Below are positions 1 to 11,198 of a DNA stretch of 64,000 bases, piece by piece (the first letter of the stretch is position 1; the number at the start of each line of letters is the position of its first letter). This stretch comes from Octopus sinensis (lineage: Eukaryota). The DNA is taken from the NCBI RefSeq assembly GCF_006345805.1, contig NC_042997.1, positions 63,364,001 to 63,428,000 on the forward strand. The letters run 5' to 3'. A model generated the notes under the pieces. The model was not told the origin of the DNA and searched no databases. It saw nothing but the letters and a program-made list of their open reading frames with translations. The position numbers and the translations under genes are program-made.

Positions 1-76
1 GTAATGAAGAAATCTCACAAATAGTAAACTTCAGATTAGGAGCATTAGAATCAATACATAAAATTGCGCGGACGCT

Positions 77-78
<2 letters not shown>

Positions 79-149
<71 letters not shown>

Positions 150-249
150 ACATGCAAACATACATACATACATATATATATATATATTGTTATATTTCGG
201 AATGGTCATTTTGCCAGTTTAGCCAATTTTGCACAACAAATATATAAAC

Positions 250-306
<57 letters not shown>
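79..306. repeat. (TA)n microsatellites (79-186, 251-306)
   Basis: Direct reading of long TA runs. Confidence 0.95.
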
Positions 307-309
<3 letters not shown>

Positions 310-759
310 TATATGTGGGTATGTATGTACACATGTAAAAATACAAAAATATAATAGAAGAATATGAGATAAAAGAACAAAACCATATTAGATTGATGCT
401 CTGGCAATGGGTAGACAATGGAAAGGAATGCTTTTGATATTTTGAGTATACACTTGTCTTCTGAAAGAAGTAGACAAGGAGGGAAAAAACCGAGTAGGTT
501 GATGGACGAGAGGAAATGCAGGCGCACACAACCGCCACGGTTTGCTGATATATATATGTATATATATATATGTGTGTGTGTGCATGTGTGTGTGTGTGTT
601 TATGAGGAGTGTATAGATTCCTGATGCGTTTATATATACATCTAACTATCTATATCTATATATACCGGTGTAAGCACATGTGAAACAAAGTTGAAAGAAG
701 AATACTCAAATGCCAGAGGTATATTAATATGCTTTATTTAAAAGCAGCAGAAATATAAC

Positions 760-806
760 AAAAGCTGTTACTCAGAGTTCCACGTTCCTATTCGTCGGAC
801 AGTTTT
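760..806 (-). ncRNA. Degenerate type I hammerhead ribozyme motif
   Basis: Minus strand reads AAAACTGT-CCGACGA-ATA GGAA CGT-GGAA-CTC T GAG-TA-ACAG CTTTT; core deviates from CUGANGA/GAAA at two positions. Confidence 0.45.
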
Positions 807-830
807 GTAAAAATATTTTTCTATTTTAAC

Positions 831-873
831 AAAACTGTCTGGCGGGAACGTAAAACTCTGAGGAACAGCTTTT
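831..873 (+). ncRNA. Degenerate type I hammerhead ribozyme motif (partly deleted core)
   Basis: AAAACTGT-CTG GCG GGAA CGT-AAAA-CTCTGAG-GA-ACAGCTTTT; homolog of 760-806 in the other arm. Confidence 0.35.
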
Positions 874-903
874 GTTATATTTCTGCTGCTTTTAAATAAA
901 GTA

Positions 904-912
904 TCTCTCTCG

Positions 913-1000
<88 letters not shown>
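904..1000. repeat. (CT)n then (TA)n microsatellite
   Basis: Direct reading. Confidence 0.95.
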
Positions 1001-1003
<3 letters not shown>

Positions 1004-1242
1004 ATATATAATAATAATAATAATAATAATCATAATAATAATAATAATAATAATAAAAGTAATAATAATAATAGGGAGTATAATTCGAAACTTGCAGGGA
1101 AAAATTCAATTTAGCAATTCTATATCAAATTTCACAATATATCGTATATGTATAAAATTTAGAGAAAAACCTCTACTAAACAATTCAATAGTGAAAGACG
1201 TTATTCACACCATATAGAAAACGTTAGATATACTATAAAAAC

Positions 1243-1497
1243 AAATATAATTGCGCCCTTTTAGAGCCTAGCCAGGCTCATGGGACCAGTTTCCCCGTTT
1301 CAATAGCATATGTGTTCCCCAGCTGGATGGGTTGCCGGTCCATCGCAGCGTTACTCATTTTTGCCTGCTGAGTGGACTGGAGCAACGTGAAATGAAATGT
1401 TTTTCTCAAGAAAACAACGCGTCGCCCGGTCCAGGAATCGAAACCACAATCTTATGATCATGATGCTGAGACGCTAACCACTAATCCACGCGCCTTC
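1243..1497 (-). mobile_element. tRNA-derived CORE-type SINE with target-site duplication
   Basis: Minus strand A-box TGGATTAGTGG and B-box GGTTTCGATTCC, CORE-like centre; flanked by TAGATATACTA direct repeat (1225-1235, 1498-1508). Confidence 0.8.
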
Positions 1498-1560
1498 TAG
1501 ATATACTACAGAAAACTTAATTCCAAAAATCAATAGAGTACATAAACAATAAATAGTAAA

Positions 1561-1668
1561 CAGACAACGCGAGTTTCGTGGCTAAATTTTCAATAATAAA
1601 ATCAATTCGATTAAAACTAAATCGATCTAAATTTTATTCTATCCAAACATATAGTCACTCATCAGGTC

Positions 1669-1670
<2 letters not shown>
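1561..1670 (-). ncRNA. Type I hammerhead ribozyme motif, intact core (copy 1)
   Basis: UAGAC-CUGAUGA-GUGACUAUAU...UUUAGCCAC-GAA-AC UCGC GU-U-GUCUG: stem I UAGAC/GUCUG, stem II GUG/CAC extendable, minimal stem III, GUU triplet. Confidence 0.7.
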
Positions 1671-1732
<62 letters not shown>

Positions 1733-1944
1733 CATAATAATAATAATAATAATAATAAAAGTAATAATAATAATAGGGAGTATAATTCGAAACTTGCAGG
1801 GAAAAATTCAATTTAGCAATTCTATATCAAATTTCACAATATATCGTATATGTATAAAATTTAGAGAAAAACCTCTACTAAACAATTCAATAGTGAAAGA
1901 CGTTATTCACACCATATAGAAAACGTTAGATATACTATAAAAAT

Positions 1945-2199
1945 AAATATAATTGCGCCCTTTTAGAGCCTAGCCAGGCTCATGGGACCAGTTTCCCCGT
2001 TTCAATAGCATATGTGTTCCCCAGCTGGATGGGTTGCCGGTCCATCGCAGCGTTACTCATTTTTGCCTGCTGAGTGGACTGGAGCAACGTGAAATGAAAT
2101 GTTTTTCTCAAGAAAACAACGCGTCGCCCGGTCCAGGAATCGAAACCACAATCTTATGATCATGATGCTGAGACGCTAACCACTAATCCACGCGCCTTC
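1945..2199 (-). mobile_element. tRNA-derived SINE, duplicate of 1243-1497
   Basis: Same sequence offset by 702 bp. Confidence 0.8.
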
Positions 2200-2262
2200 T
2201 AGATATACTACAGAAAACTTAATTCCAAAAATCAATAGAGTACATAAACAATAAATAGTAAA

Positions 2263-2370
2263 CAGACAACGCGAGTTTCGTGGCTAAATTTTCAATAATA
2301 AAATCAATTCGATTAAAACTAAATCGATCTAAATTTTATTCTATCCAAACATATAGTCACTCATCAGGTC

Positions 2371-2372
<2 letters not shown>
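2263..2372 (-). ncRNA. Type I hammerhead ribozyme motif, intact core (copy 2)
   Basis: Identical to 1561-1670. Confidence 0.7.

Positions 2373-2458
<86 letters not shown>
2373..2458. repeat. (AAT)n microsatellite, LINE insertion target
   Basis: Direct reading. Confidence 0.95.
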
Positions 2459-2461
<3 letters not shown>

Positions 2462-3104
2462 GAAACAATAAATCATATTATCTCTAGCTGCCCAGTCCTG
2501 GCTAAGAAGGAATATATTCACAGACATGACAGAGTTGGAACCTACATACATTGGAAGCTATGCCAACATTATGGAATAACAACAGAAAAAAGATGGTATA
2601 GGCACACACCAGAAAAGGTCACAGAAAACGAGAAAGCAACCATACTCTGGGATATGCCGATACACACAGATAGAGAAATTAAGTCCAACAGACCAGATAT
2701 AGTTGTCAGAGATCATGAAGAAAAAAAATGCTTTCTAATTGATGTATCAATACCGGCAGATGACAACGTGTCTCTAAAAGAAATGGAGAAACTCTCAAAA
2801 TACAAAGACCTGGAAATAGAGGTAACTAGAATGTGGAACCTGAAAACAGAAACAATTCCTATCATAGTAGGTGCATTAGGCATGATAAAAAAATATTCAG
2901 ACAAATGCATAACAAAAACACCAGGACTTACAAACACATATAACATACAGAAAATTGCACTACTAGGCACTGCACACATCCTACGCAGAACACTTTCCAT
3001 ACAATAACCATCAGAGCATCACAACAAATCACAGCACATAGCCAAGGCACACAGAGCTGCGCTCGGTAGTGAAGTGAAAGCACGCTATAAAAATAAAACT
3101 ACTG
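2459..3104 (+). mobile_element. 5'-truncated Dong/R4-clade non-LTR retrotransposon (family A): end of CCHC knuckle, restriction-like endonuclease, 3'UTR
   Basis: Open frame to 3007: ETINHIISSC..RHD..HW..LWD..RPDIV..LIDVS..K..KY.DL..IVGALG..LLGTAHILR; (TAA)n on both sides. Confidence 0.9.
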
Positions 3105-3130
3105 AATAATAATAATAATAATAATAATAA

Positions 3131-4296
3131 TTTCAAAATCGTTAACTGGTCAATTACTGAAATATGTAATCATGGCAGAAAAATACGAAAACTGTTGACA
3201 GTGCATAGAATGCACCACCCTAAGGCAGATACAGAACGACTTTATCTGCCAAGAAAAGAGGGAGGCCGTGGACTTTTACAACTGGCAATAAAAATGAAGA
3301 TTGCTACAATTGGCCTAGACACCTACCTGAAAAAGGTCTGCGGCCTTAGATAGTCTGAATGATAAATGGCAAGAAAAACCTCTCTATGGCAAATACCCAA
3401 AGAGAGCGAATAATGCAGATGTTGACAAAACCCTGACCCATCAATGGCTAATGGTCTCTGGTTTAAAATCTGAAACAGAAGAGTTTATCATAGCAGCTCA
3501 ATGCCTACCAACAAGAAACTACCAGGCCAACATATTAAAGAACGGCAGTAGCCCAACATGTCGTGTATGTCAACAACAAAATGAAACCATTGATCATGTT
3601 GTCTCCAAGTGTAGTCTTCTAGCGCCTACAGAGTATCTCAACAGGCACGATAGAGCTGCCCAATATATTCACTGAGTAATTTGCAAAAACCTGGATTTGC
3701 TCCATGAAAAACACTGGTGGGAACACAAACAAGCTCCAGTGCTTGAAATTGATCACATCTCACTCCTCTAGAACTTCACCATTCAAACTGACAGAAAGAT
3801 AAATACAAATAGGCCAGACGTCATATTGAAAGACTTCAGACAAAGAACATGCCTCCTCATTGATATTACTGTCCCAATCGATATAAACGTATCTGTCAAG
3901 ACCTACTAAAAACTGAGCAAATATAAAGATCTTGAAATAGAAATCAGCAAAATGTGGAACTTGAAATCTAACACAATACCTGTTGTCATAGGTGCCCTGG
4001 GAATGATAGCGAAAGGGGCTGATTGTTACCTAACTCAGATACCAGGAAACCCCAAAATGGCAGAAATTCAAAAGATAGTGCTCATGGGAACTGCTCATAT
4101 CCTACGCAAAATACCCTCTATGTAATCTGAGGGTTTAAAACAAACATAATTTTCGTTTTTCTTTGGACATTCACTAGTACAACACCAAAAAACCCCCAAT
4201 ATATGGCACACTAGGCATAAAAACAACATGAACTTCCAGTCTCTGGGTGAGACTTGGAGCCAACGAGTACAAATATAAAGCAAAAGTCAAACATAG
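3131..4296 (+). mobile_element. 5'-truncated, decayed Dong/R4 LINE (family B): RT thumb, CCHC, RLE, 3'UTR
   Basis: MHHPKADTERLYLPRKEGGRGL; CRVCQQQNETIDHVVSKC; RPDVILKD..LIDITVP; VIGALG; VLMGTAHILR; stops and a deletion; flanked by (TAA)n. Confidence 0.9.
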
Positions 4297-4333
4297 AATA
4301 ATAATAATAATAATAATAACGATAATAATAATG

Positions 4334-4375
<42 letters not shown>

Positions 4376-4405
4376 TAATAATAATAATAATACTAATAAT
4401 AATAT
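4297..4405. repeat. (AAT)n tail/microsatellite
   Basis: Direct reading. Confidence 0.95.
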
Positions 4406-4459
4406 AAATGTACGTATCTTAACTTATAAATTAACTAATAAATATTAAAAAATACGTGT

Positions 4460-4905
4460 TTTAACAATAAATCATAGAATAAAATTTAACAGTATTACTT
4501 AAAATAAAAATATAATTTGTCTTATCGAAGATATTCTATTAACTATAATTAATTATCTATTTGAAAATATAGCCACGAAACGCCCGTAGTCTATTTACTA
4601 TTTATTGTTTATGCACTCTATTGATTTTTAAAATAATGTTTTCTATAGTATATTTAACTTTTTCTAGATGATGTGAATAACGTCTTTCACTATTGAATTA
4701 TTTAATAGAGGTTTTTCTCTAAATTTTATACATTCATACACACACACACACACACACACACATGTGTATCTTTCTGTCGAAGAGCGTAGGCTCGAAACGT
4801 AAAAGAATTGTTCTATTTCTATTCCTGAGCGCCATACTAATACATTTGTTTGTTTGTACTCCACCTGCCTTCGTCTTTTGTTTATTTTCGTAAACCTTCC
4901 CGTTA
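4460..4905 (+). mobile_element. PLE-type repeat, inverted paralog of the 702-bp unit lacking the SINE; contains the 3' half of the HHR (4567-4593) and a second HHR
   Basis: 4567-4735 aligns with the reverse complement of about 1150-1590 minus the SINE; ATATAGCCAC-GAAA-CGCCCGT-A-GTCTA. Confidence 0.65.
4769..4806 (+). ncRNA. Minimal PLE-type hammerhead motif with core substitution
   Basis: TCTTT-CTGTCGA-A GAG CGTAGG CTC-GAA-ACGT-A-AAAGA: stem I TCTTT/AAAGA, stem II GAG/CTC, palindromic ACGU stem III, GUA triplet; CUGUCGA instead of CUGANGA. Confidence 0.55.
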
Positions 4906-5988
4906 TATATATATAATTTTAAAAAATCTGAACTGATAGTGGCGTGTGCAGAATTTTTGACAAATATGAACGATGCTCCCTGGAAAATGGAAAAATCATT
5001 CGCTAGAGAAACGTGAACAGTAGCTTTTATGATAGTTTAAACAGAGACAAATCTTTCGTGTGGAATGTTATGCTTACTAATCAAATAGAAAAACTATTTA
5101 TTTACGGGTATTCCTCTGCATTAGTACATAGTGACGTATATTTTTAATACGGCACCTATTGTACTTCTACTGAAATGGTAAAGGGAGCATTGTTAAGAAC
5201 TGAAGAGTGTTTTTTATGCTTAGTTTCACTTGCTTTCAAGCTGCATCCACCGAGGAAATGCAAACGAATATTATGATTTTGTCTGTATTGGATTAACATA
5301 AAGCTGATGAAAAATGAAATATTAATAATAATGTGGATAATATTTTATTCATTTGACAAATGACAAAAGTTTAAAAGAGAGCAACAATATACACCTAGAC
5401 ATTGCTGTGGCGACAATCTCACTGATCAAACATGGTTAAAATAAGTAACTAAAGAAGACATAACTTATGCGTAGACAGTGCAATAAGTAAAAAGAAAATC
5501 TCATTTTAACAACATAAATTCGTACATACAATGACTTAAAGGGACAAAAAAATTCTCTTGTTATATGAAGCCAAAGAATTTAAAATAACAACAAAATATG
5601 TTGCAACCTGTCCATTAAGATTTGTTTAACCACCATTAATATATTGCTATACCTCTAAGCAGATTTGTCAGAAAGTTTTAGCGTAGTTAGATATATATTT
5701 GAACTGTCATCTTGCATGTGCTAGACAATAAACAACGCACACTGTATTCATTATTGTCTACTGTCTAGACATTTAGCCATGGGAAAATTAACGTCAACCA
5801 TTTGAATTGATTGATATTGTAGGTAGAAATGAAACTACGGGAAGGTGACAATAGTTGAATCCGAAGTTTCGACAATCATGCATTTCTCAAACATAATAAT
5901 GTAAGTAAAAATGAAATAGTCATGGTTGGCAGCTGGAAGCTAACAGTAACTTGCTTTTCCATGCAATCTTGAGTTCATAATATGAAAA

Positions 5989-6046
5989 CTCTCTCTCTAT
6001 CTCTCTCTCTCTCCCTATCTCTCTCTCCCCATCTCTCTCTCTCTTT
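5989..6046. repeat. (CT)n/CTAT microsatellite
   Basis: Direct reading. Confidence 0.9.
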
Positions 6047-7489
6047 CATTCACACTCAAAAACACAAACGTACACACATAGCAAAAATGCAGAAAGACAA
6101 TCCAACATATACATAAACACCAGCATTCTCTCTTAATCTCTGCTTATTCATTCAACCAATGTACATATAATAGTGATAGAGAGACAGAAAGTACGACAGA
6201 ATCTATGAATAGAGGCAGCTATAGCGGTGGTGGAAAAGCCATAGAGAACGTCGTAAAGTGTTGGCGTGAGCAACTTTAGGACAATACGTTCCGTGCGGTG
6301 TAGGATATTTGTATGGGTATACGCAGTAACATCTCAGAGTTACAGGCAATACTGTATTTTCAGTGGCATCTGATGTTTGTGAGGGAGTGTGAACTAGTAA
6401 TACATGTGTTGCACTCACGCTTGCGAGAACTTAGTTTTAATTCTTGGAAGAGTTGGCACGTTGTGCTATAAGGAAAACACTTCATATAAACGTTGTTCTA
6501 CGATCACTTCGTCACCTGACCCGTGGTACCCCGTGCACCTATTCAGGCAACGTTGATTTGATGGAGGTAGTAGGCTAATGTATATCACATGCATTAGCGC
6601 ATTTGTGCAGGCTGTTCATCAAGAAATTGCAGAACCATATTTCTCAGAATAACGGAGACTCCCATCCTTACACCTGATGTCTTTATAAATGTAGTAGCTT
6701 TTGGTTACAGATGTAGTCTTTGATGTATTAAATATATTCATCTACCAAAAGAATTTCACCATATAGCTGAGACATACACATATACACACACACCTGCACA
6801 GACACATACATGTAGAACTACACACGCACAAACACACGAACAAACACATATATAAATATATATGTACGTAGCGACAAATTTAGAAAGCATATGTAATTAA
6901 AAACATATCTCCTAATCAACAATGCTGAGAAATTTTAACACCACACTACACTCAAGTAAGCCAATAGATAAAACATACACCCATACCAACGAATTAGTGT
7001 GTAGATGAATGGTTTTACAATCAAGAGAGACAGACCTCGAATTTAGAGGAATATCATTGTACGTACAAGATATTGTAAAATTATTTAGTGTGATGTTCAA
7101 GAATCACGATAGACTAGGGATGGTTAGATAGTTGATTGAAGAATGGTGCGTGTATTGGTCGTGCTTTGACTGAGGTGATATGCAAGTGGCTTGAGACTAC
7201 ACCTGTACCAACGAATAAAAATATTAGTGTATAATATTTTTGTAGCAGTCCTCGCCTGAAGGCCATAAACGTGTGAAATTCGACTCACGAGATAAACGTT
7301 TCGCTCCTATAAACCACTTACATATATACATAGGCGAAAATACACAATCGTACGCACGTGCACACACATATACACAGACAGGGCAGAAGTAAATAGACAG
7401 ACCATAAAGCATCGTTTTGATTATTTTAGGATGAAAAGGTTTATATTTTTTATTAATTCACATTTTTACGTTTTAGGTTCTATATATCT

Positions 7490-8260
7490 TGAAACTGTCC
7501 GAATAGAGACCGTATTGTAGGTCGATCTAAAGGTGGACTAATTCAGCGTAAAATCACAGAAAACCTTAGGATTATTCTTTCTACAGTTAATAGAGTGATT
7601 GTGTAATTCACCATAGAGAAGAAGAAGTCAACATCACCTCGTCCAGGTCGAACAGGCCCCTCTGACAAGACCCTTTGTTTTGTTAAGAGATGTGTAGAGG
7701 ATATTCTTCGTTGCAAGGCCTCTGACATAGAAAAACAAGTTGATGTCAGTTCCAGTTAGTTACTGTAGTAGAGCAGCAAGAAGGAAGCCACAATATCAAG
7801 CGGCGAAAAGATTGGGTCAGTGAGACGTTAGAGAAACCACTAGCATTTTGGGACGCTGTCATATTCTCTGATAAGTCCAGATTTGCTGTATTTCTGACAG
7901 TGGTCGAGTGTGGACCTGGAGACTGTGATCAAGAATTTGAAGTGTAAAGAATGCAGCCAGCAATGAAACATGTCTGCTATTCTGTGATGGTATGGGGAGC
8001 AATGATCGATCAGAGCTGATGGAATGTGTGAGAAACATATACTCAGATAAATATGTTTCCATATTGCAGAAATGACTCCTTCCAATATTCTCCAGTGGTG
8101 AAATGTTTAAAGAAGACTATTTATTTATGAAAGACAGGGCTCGTTCTCACGCAGCTAAAAACACCCTAGATTGGTTGGATAAGAATGGCGTTAAAAGGCT
8201 TCCATGAACTCTATTGAATACTTCTGTGGCATAATGGAGAGGACACTTCATAAAAAGAAC
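7490..8260 (+). mobile_element. Decayed Tc1-family transposase
   Basis: HTH region with PRPGRTGP; FWDAVIFSDKSRF (SDES-like); SVMVWGAM; FMKDRARSHAAK (QDNAP.H-like); IEY (NPIEN-like); many stops and frameshifts. Confidence 0.8.
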
Positions 8261-8540
8261 AAAAACCATCCTCAAACCAGATTCTTTGAAACTTGGCAAG
8301 CATACATAACAGGGTCCTTGCATTGAAAAATGCATAGGGCGTGGTCTACTAAATTTTAGATTTTCTCATTATAATAGCAGATAAATAATTTGAATGTGCA
8401 ATTTCAGATTTAAATAGACATTAACGATTATAAGGCGTCTATTTACGTCTCTCATATCTGTGTTTATTTATATATATGCACATTAATATGTGCATGATGG
8501 CATACATACGCTCATACCATCACACGCTTACACACTCATG

Positions 8541-8607
<67 letters not shown>

Positions 8608-8617
8608 GTGTGTGTGT
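8541..8617. repeat. (TA)n(TG)n microsatellite
   Basis: Direct reading. Confidence 0.95.
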
Positions 8618-8905
8618 GGAGGCGCAATGGCCCAGTGGTTAGGACAGCGGACTCGCAGTTGTAGGAGTCTCAAAGCGGGCGTTGTGAGTGTTTATTGAGC
8701 GAAAACACCTAAAGCTCCACGAGGCTGTGGCAGGCGGGGTGGGGGGCGATCCCTGCTGTACTCTTTTGCCACAACTTTCTCTCACTCTTTCTTCTGTTGG
8801 CCTGCTCGCTTAGCCAGCAGGGTGGCGTCCTTTGAAGGCTAAAACAATGCGAAGCGGATTGTGACCAGCGATGTGTAGCAACATCTGATAGCCTGGTCAG
8901 TCACG

Positions 8906-8910
<5 letters not shown>
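8618..8910 (+). mobile_element. tRNA-derived SINE (second tail type), B-box region deleted
   Basis: Head GGAGGCGCAATGGCCCAGTGGTTAGG; CORE-like GTTTATTGAGCGAAAACACC; tail ...GCCTGGTCAGTCACGGTGAT followed by (AT)n. Confidence 0.65.
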
Positions 8911-8936
<26 letters not shown>

Positions 8937-10716
8937 CTACATGCGTTGTCATTCAGTTTCTTTATTTTAACCTAGTCTTATATGATCTATCTCTTAATAG
9001 GTCAGCAGAGCAACGTATGATATACACAAAGTACTATTTATTTCTTGTTGTTATTTTGCTTAATCACAAGTCGGCCACTTACCGAGTAGTTCTATGATGA
9101 AAAGCATTCGAGACATGGTAATCGCTTCTATTTTATGTTATTGCTTTTAGGGGGTGTATACTCCAGGTGTTAAGACAGTTAAATGCAATTTATCTACTTT
9201 TTCGATATAGAGAAATGTGACGCAGAGGGACAAGATAGAGAAAATATGATATACTAATACAATGTAGAAAAATTATATAGAAGTTTCCACACAAATCCGT
9301 TCCGGTATATAGTCATGCGTTCTTATTCACGAAGTTCAAATCTCGAGGGATCAAATTTACCAGTGAATATTTCGTTGGTTACAAAACGTACTGGCTACAA
9401 TTTAATCGACTATATCTGCCACTCTGAAATGATAAATGGTGGGATTGATATATATAAATCAAAATTAACTGAAGTGAGTTGGGATTGGAGTGATAAAATT
9501 GTTACTGCATTTGAGTATATAACTTTCACTTTTCTTTCGATACTTTACCTTCAAATTTAGACTTGGTCAACTTTCATTTCATCTCTCCAGAGTCGATCAG
9601 CAAATTTCTAGTCAAATTTCTTACAAATTGTTGGCCTAGTATCTCTATCAGATAACATTAGAAATTTTTATGTAAAAGGCCGGAATTAACACGTATCTCC
9701 ATATACGATTCAAAATGTTATTGCCATACATTTTGGTAAAAGTTTATGAAGTGTTTACTGGAATTGTATATAATAGTACTATTCATATGCGTTCAGTATT
9801 TTCCCACTTAGTGATACCTACAATTTATTGACAGATTTCCGTGAGAAAAATACCTACTTTTCATTTGCTCTTTGGATAAAGGAGAACAGCGCCTCACCAC
9901 GGAGGATCTATTCTGGGCTCGCAAACATGGTGCAGTTCATATTCAGTTTGAAATTCTGAGGATCGATGTGAAGAGTGCAATTAATCCATTAACCTAGACA
10001 GCTACAACCTTTATGACAAATGATTAGACAAGAGGATATTGTAATGTAGCATTCTGAAACGAAAGGTCAGACAAGATTACGGATGAAAGATAGTAGACCT
10101 GAATAAAAAAAAAGAAATAGACTATCATTATTATATAGGGCAACATAGTTTCACGGCAGTTGTGTCAAGACTAAAATACGTCATATGCGTAACGTAGAAG
10201 GCCTCGTATACAGTGACTCTACAGTGTCATTCAGAAGTAATGTTAAATAGAGTGATGGAAAAGAGAGCGTTGGTTTGGTGAGTCAGAACGCTACTTTCAC
10301 TTCAAGTTTAATAAACAGGGCAGCATAAATTACGACGCCCTGGGTAGATCACCAAAGTCATGAAAAAGAGGAGAGGGTTGATTAATGAATGAGCTGTTCC
10401 AGAACTGACCATTTAAAACAAATGCAATGTTTCATACTTCAAAACTGTACAAAGCATTAATGTAATGGTAATATTACCACGAGACACGCATTGAATGTGT
10501 ACATTTTCTATATACTTGTTGCATTCATAATGTTACAGACTAAATGAAGTTATGCCATTAAAGGGAAATACGTTAGTATAATGAAAACCTCATGATTACT
10601 TAGTGTGTTTAAAGGCAATTACCACCAGACAGCTATTTGGATTTTATGGCAAATGCATTGTAATGGTTTCGTTACCGACAAACATGTGCAATACACTATC
10701 AACCCCATATACAATC

Positions 10717-10810
10717 ACACACACACACACACACATACACACACACACATACACACACACACATACACACACACATACACACACACACACACAAACACAC
10801 ACATTCAGAC
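10717..10810. repeat. (CA)n microsatellite
   Basis: Direct reading. Confidence 0.95.
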
Positions 10811-11139
10811 ATATACATAATCACATGCAAAGCACATATATGTACATACATATACTGCCTCACTACGTTCAAAACTTCGCAAACAATATTTATAAGCTAA
10901 ACTCTACTATGTAGCGGAGTGGTCAACCTGGAATGATATTACCATATGCATATTCGATCAAAGCAAAACAAGAACTCACGAAAACGTGCATGCGTACACC
11001 CCCACACATACAAATACGCACACTTACACAGACAAACACACACGCCCATTTCCCCCTCCGGTGCAATCGGTTACTGCGTTCGGATGGTAACCGAAAGGCT
11101 GCTAGTTTGAGCCAACCCAGGGACGCAGCAATTGGCTGG

Positions 11140-11198
<59 letters not shown>

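Larger units (their letters stand above)
666..901. mobile_element. Penelope-like (PLE) terminal-repeat fragment with fold-back (inverted) duplication
   Basis: 732-808 is the reverse complement of 829-901 with few mismatches (CTTTATTTAAAAGCAGCAGAAATATAACAAAAGCTGTT...GACAGTTTTGT). Both arms carry degenerate hammerhead motifs, typical of PLE pseudo-LTRs. Confidence 0.6.
1031..2372. repeat. Near-perfect tandem duplication, period 702 bp (1031-1670 / 1733-2372), units separated by (AAT)n
   Basis: Landmarks offset by 702 (GGGAGTA 1074/1776; GTCTA end 1670/2372); only one substitution spotted (1242 C vs 1944 T). Confidence 0.95.

Noticed and set aside
206-1109. ORFs 206-538, 309-527, 768-1109 (YIYI, YYYY, RERE repeats)
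   Set aside because: Translated microsatellites that lack stop codons by composition
2426-2458. ATG and poly-Ile N-terminus of the 193-aa ORF
   Set aside because: Derived from the (AAT)n array; only 2459-3007 is LINE coding sequence, not a standalone gene
6189-6660. GC-richer block resembling a LINE 5' region
   Set aside because: No motif could be assigned; not supportable without a repeat-library search
8618-8690. tRNA-like heads here and at 1420-1497, 12033, 38260-38330, 45110 as tRNA genes
   Set aside because: No complete cloverleaf; they continue into SINE bodies
11098-11137. Canonical HDV-like ribozyme
   Set aside because: P3 loop too short and no P1.1/P4/J4-2 catalytic C arrangement on either strand; kept only as a generic pseudoknot candidate
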